NCBI GenBank assembly: GCA_964016885.1
Contig: OZ024746.1
Location: 85,560,001-85,624,000, forward strand
From: Eledone cirrhosa
Taxonomy: Eukaryota
Reading direction: 5' to 3'
Length of the DNA stretch: 64,000 nt
Position 1 is the stretch's first letter; each line of letters opens with the position of its first letter. Positions 60,160 to 64,000 of this stretch are shown in pieces. Below the pieces are notes generated by a model, which saw nothing but the letters and a program-made list of their open reading frames with translations, was not told where the DNA came from and ran no database searches. The translations under genes were made by a program, and so were the position numbers.

Positions 60160-60440
60160 ACACTTACATTACACATTCAACGAATCATTGTTACTTCATT
60201 TCTCTCCTGTCTATGCATGTCCTCTGCAGTCACAGCTCATGTTTCACTACCATGCAGCATCATACTTTGCACACAGGCATCATACAGTCGTCCTTTTGTA
60301 CATAGGGGGAAACCTGTGATCAACAGTAGCTCTCTAAACTTTTTCCATCCTACCCTTATTCTAGCTATTATGCTCTCAGAGCACCTTCCTCCATTGCTAA
60401 TTATGTTACCTAGATAGCAAAAACTATCAACCTTCCTATG
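60160..60440 (-). mobile_element. RTE fragment in MED21 intron 1
   Basis: Homologous to ~33490-33770 (YLGNIIS, LYDACV, LHGSET). Confidence 0.75.
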
Positions 60441-60566
60441 ACTGGAATAGGTTTACATTACAGGCTCTCTTCCCCTCGGTTACCCCTGTGCATCTTCTAC
60501 ATTCAAAGTCTTCCCTTCCTATATATATATATTTACATAATTGACATGTGAACTTTCCCTTTTCAG

Positions 60567-60681
60567 CTTGCAGATCATTTCTGCAACAGCATTGGTATTC
60601 TCCAGCAATGTGCTCCATCAAGTCCATTTCCTGGTTTTGAAAGACCTGGTAATAAATCACCTGCTGAAGCCCCACAGGAAG
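60567..60681 (+). CDS. MED21: MED21 exon 2: LADHFCNSIGILQQCAPSSPFPGFERPGNKSPAEAPQE
   Basis: Acceptor tttcccttttcag| and donor G|gtgagt; 115 nt. Matches LADQFCNAIGVLQQC. Confidence 0.95.
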
Positions 60682-62003
60682 GTGAGTTGATATAGTTTTT
60701 AACATAGTTTTACAGGAGTCATTCCAGTTTTCAAGAAAATTCCCCTTAGGAATATAACTAAAAATAAGTGTAAATATCTTTTAAGAGTAGGTGTCACAGT
60801 AGAGCTCTTTAGAAGGGGCAACAAGTACAGCTTGACCATGCTAAAACCCACGTTTTGCGCGATCATTTTGTGTCAAAATACATTTTTTTCCATGGAGCTC
60901 TATAGGGAACCTATTAAATGTATTGTAAAACTCTAAACTTACAGGGAGGATTCAGTTTTATACCCCGTGCCAGTGTATCAAAACTGAGCCTCCTACAGAT
61001 AACGGATTGCAATATAGGCATGTTTGAAAATGCATGAAAAGCTTACAGTGAGATTTAATCACTGTAATTTAATTATAGCCATTTTTAGTAGTCCATTAAA
61101 ATTTTATTGTAATGGTATTCTGTCCCAAAATCTCAGGATTTATTTAATTCTACTCCTATTACTACAAGTATGCCAAAACTCAAGTTCCTGTGGCTTGTAC
61201 TTTTGGATTTAGCTAGGTCTGAAAACACATGAAAAGCGTATTCTTATGTTTCAAAATCAGATGTTTGTTACAGCACAATAGGTTTTACATAAATATTTTT
61301 TTTGAATTGCCAAAAAATGTTTCATTTTCAAGAGCTTGAAAAAAAAAAAAGAAGCAACTGCTATCTCATGGACACTTTAATTTGTGTAATTTGAAGATGA
61401 TTATCACCTCAGTTTCAAAGATATAACATTACAAATATGGCTAATTTTTTATTTAGGCCTAATTTGGCAAAATTCCAACCAATTTGCTAACCATTCAAAT
61501 TGTCATATTTCCTAAAATGTTCATCCAAATTTCACAAATGAGGTATCAAGATGTTTCTTTTTGGATGCTTTCCAAGAAAAAGTAGAGTGTAGAATAGAAG
61601 TTAGATTTAAATATTTTCAAAAATTCATAGTGATACCTATTAAGAGTCAGTGGTTAGCTTCAGTTTCACTCCATTCGTTGAATGAAAGATAAATCTTTCC
61701 TTGGGTAGGACAATAGTCCATTGCAGAGGATCATTTCCTGTTAGAGAATTTATTGCTAATAACTACATGAACTGAAGTATATTGAATTAAATGCTTTTGA
61801 TCCCATTTTTTGCTCAATCAAGGTTTACCTGTCACTAAACAACACAGTCCAACTTTGAATGTAACTAGCCATTGTCAATATTTCCTTCCATCATCAGTAC
61901 ATTTATATCCTAAAATATTAATTTGAATTATTTGACCAGACCAAAAGCAAATTTTATATTATTATAGTGATTGTAATAACTCTAAATATTGTCTATTTAC
62001 TAG

Positions 62004-62104
62004 ATTATGCTGTCCTCTTCTCCAAGCTTATTGCCAGAACTGCCAAAGATATAGATGTTGTGATTGATTCTCTACCCAGTGAAGAATCATATATGGAATT
62101 GCAA
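62004..62104 (+). CDS. MED21: MED21 exon 3: (D)[33 protein letters not shown]
   Basis: Acceptor tttactag| and donor CAA|gtaagt; 101 nt. Contains the signature [21 protein letters not shown]. Confidence 0.96.
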
Positions 62105-62944
62105 GTAAGTTCAAATAATTTAGACAGTCATAATTTGAATGCAGATCAAACAATACAATCTGATGTGCTGTACCTCCCTTTACACTGTCTACAGGGTGAA
62201 TTGGGTTCCTCCTGCCATGTCACCAATATTACCACATTACAGGATGGACTGGATGCTTATTTGTCATGTCACCAGCTTGACCACCTTGGAAGGAGGGCTA
62301 GGTACTCTTTAGCTATGTCATCTTACAGGGAGGACTAGGTGCCTTTTTGTCACAACACCAACATGAACACCTTACATGTTGGACTAGAGGCTTTTGTTTT
62401 GTCACCAGCATGACCACCTTACAGGGTGGACTGAGTTGATGGGTGTATGCTTTACGATAAAAAAGAAAGCATAGTGAGATGGTCTTTGACTGCAGGTCTG
62501 CTCAATTAGGGCTGATTTGAGGCTAAACAACAACATAATATAAACTAGCTAACAAAGGAGCCTCTACATGGTTGCTTGACCCAGTGTAAATAGCAACCAA
62601 ATCTTCCTCAAATAACACTCCACTGTCTTAAATAATTAAATAGTATGTGAGACTGTAGCCATGCTCTTAAAAAGATAAAGTTGGTATACTTGTGATCATT
62701 GGTCTGCTCATTCAGGGTTGAGTTGGAGCTAAATGAGAAGGAAAGTATAAATTTTATAAAATGTATTTTATTCAACTGTCATAATGTTACCTCTCAACCA
62801 TCAACACACATAACTGTTTCTGTAAAAGTCCATAGGTTTCACTGATGAATATTCCAGTTCAGTCAATGGAAATGTTCTATTGAGTTATAGTGTTAGTGGT
62901 TTAGTATTCTAGAAACATTTCTACACTGAATATAATCCCTAAGT

Positions 62945-63244
62945 TTAACCTCTTCAGTGCCGTAGATGAGATAACTCGTTCTAATGTATATGCATTCCAG
63001 TGCCACGGATAAGATAACTCGTCCTAATATGTTTGAACTCGTTTCCAACAGTTCACACCTTCAAAGCTAGATGATGTTACTAGTTTATTGATTTGACGTT
63101 CATCATTCTTGATGTTTTTCTGCTTTTCTATATAGTTTGAATGATGTTGAAACCTTGTGTTGTTAATAAGTGTTTGTTTAAAAAAAGTCATTTTACTGAA
63201 AAAAACCCAGCTGTGTAAAATATACATGGCAGTCAACAGGTTAA
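62945..63244. mobile_element. Second TTAA-flanked MITE, in MED21 intron 3
   Basis: TTAA-CCTCTTCAGTGCC...GGCAGTCAACAGG-TTAA; the subterminal repeat cagtgcc..gat.agataactcgt occurs twice. Confidence 0.6.
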
Positions 63245-63789
63245 TCAATGCATGACAATGTCACAAGGATGACCCTTTTTGAATTACAGGTGCATTCCAT
63301 ATGATAGGTATCTATACAATTTATTTACCCCAGATGTACTCACAAGGTTTGGGTACATTTAACACTATGGTAGAAGACATTTATTCAAGGCACTATTCAG
63401 TGGGGCCCAAACCCTGGGATCCATCAGAGCAAGGAAAACTTATTAAATGTGGACACAGTATAGCTGAATAGTTGTAAGAGGAGGCCTCTACATAGTCACA
63501 CAACCTGCTAGAAATAGTAGCTAAATCTCCTCCAAATTACACCTTATTGTCTTGAAGAGACAGAAACATTGGATAATGCAGTCTTAGAAATGCTATGTGC
63601 GAGCAAAAGACAGGATGGTCATAAGTAGAATGCTTTTGATCATAGGTTGGCTCACTCAAAAGCTACAGGCATGTTCACTAAACTTTTACTAGTTTTTCCT
63701 ATTATCAAACATATGCAAAATGACGATCCTAACATATTGTTACTTTATTTACTGCTATTTTGTTATATATATTTATTGTGTTGTTACAG

Positions 63790-63957
63790 CTGGCCAGCTT
63801 AAAGAAACTGGAGATAGAAAACCAAGATGCTGCACATAAACTGGAAGAAGTGGTGCATAAAGGGGAACTACTCTTGGATCAAACTCAGCAGGCTTTGCAT
63901 GACATTGCTCAGTCACAACTGAAAAGCCAAGCATTAGAGAGCATATTGTTAAACTGA
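63790..63957 (+). CDS. MED21: MED21 exon 4: LASLKKLEIENQDAAHKLEEVVHKGELLLDQTQQALHDIAQSQLKSQALESILLN*
   Basis: Acceptor ttgttacag|; TGA ends at 63957. The four exons total 426 nt (141 aa plus stop) in frame. Confidence 0.95.
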   Translation: MASLKKLEIENQDAAHKLEEVVHKGELLLDQTQQALHDIAQSQLKSQALESILLN

Positions 63958-64000
63958 AACTGATGTTTATCATTATTATGGATGCAAGGAGGTCTGCAGT

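Overview
Eukaryotic, AT-rich, microsatellite-laden genomic DNA, most likely from an octopus or another coleoid cephalopod. That assignment is inferred from the very long (TA)n/(CA)n tracts, large introns, RTE LINEs and tRNA-derived SINE-like repeats. Two spliced host genes lie on the + strand. The first is the last three coding exons of malectin (21695-21874, 24673-24730, 35488-35720); I did not find its 5' exons, which probably lie upstream of the window. The second is the complete four-exon coding sequence of Mediator subunit MED21 (57915-63957, 141 aa). The rest is repeats: a decayed near-full-length RTE LINE nested inside an older antisense copy, many RTE/CR1 fragments, a Helitron RepHel remnant preceded by a 27-bp GCGCATGCGC array, TTAA-flanked MITEs, SINEs, a 50-bp minisatellite and a ~9-kb (TA/TG)n tract. 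Nearly all long ORFs in the supplied track are microsatellite artefacts. The most notable unannotated signal is a set of small islands embedded in (TA)n that carry type I hammerhead-ribozyme motifs typical of Penelope-like elements and retrozymes. Two have intact cores: 800-838 inside a 391-bp palindrome, and 35167-35208 inside a 307-bp partial tandem repeat. Several more are degenerate, and one lies next to a GIY-YIG endonuclease C-terminal remnant. All structures were read by eye and no search was run.
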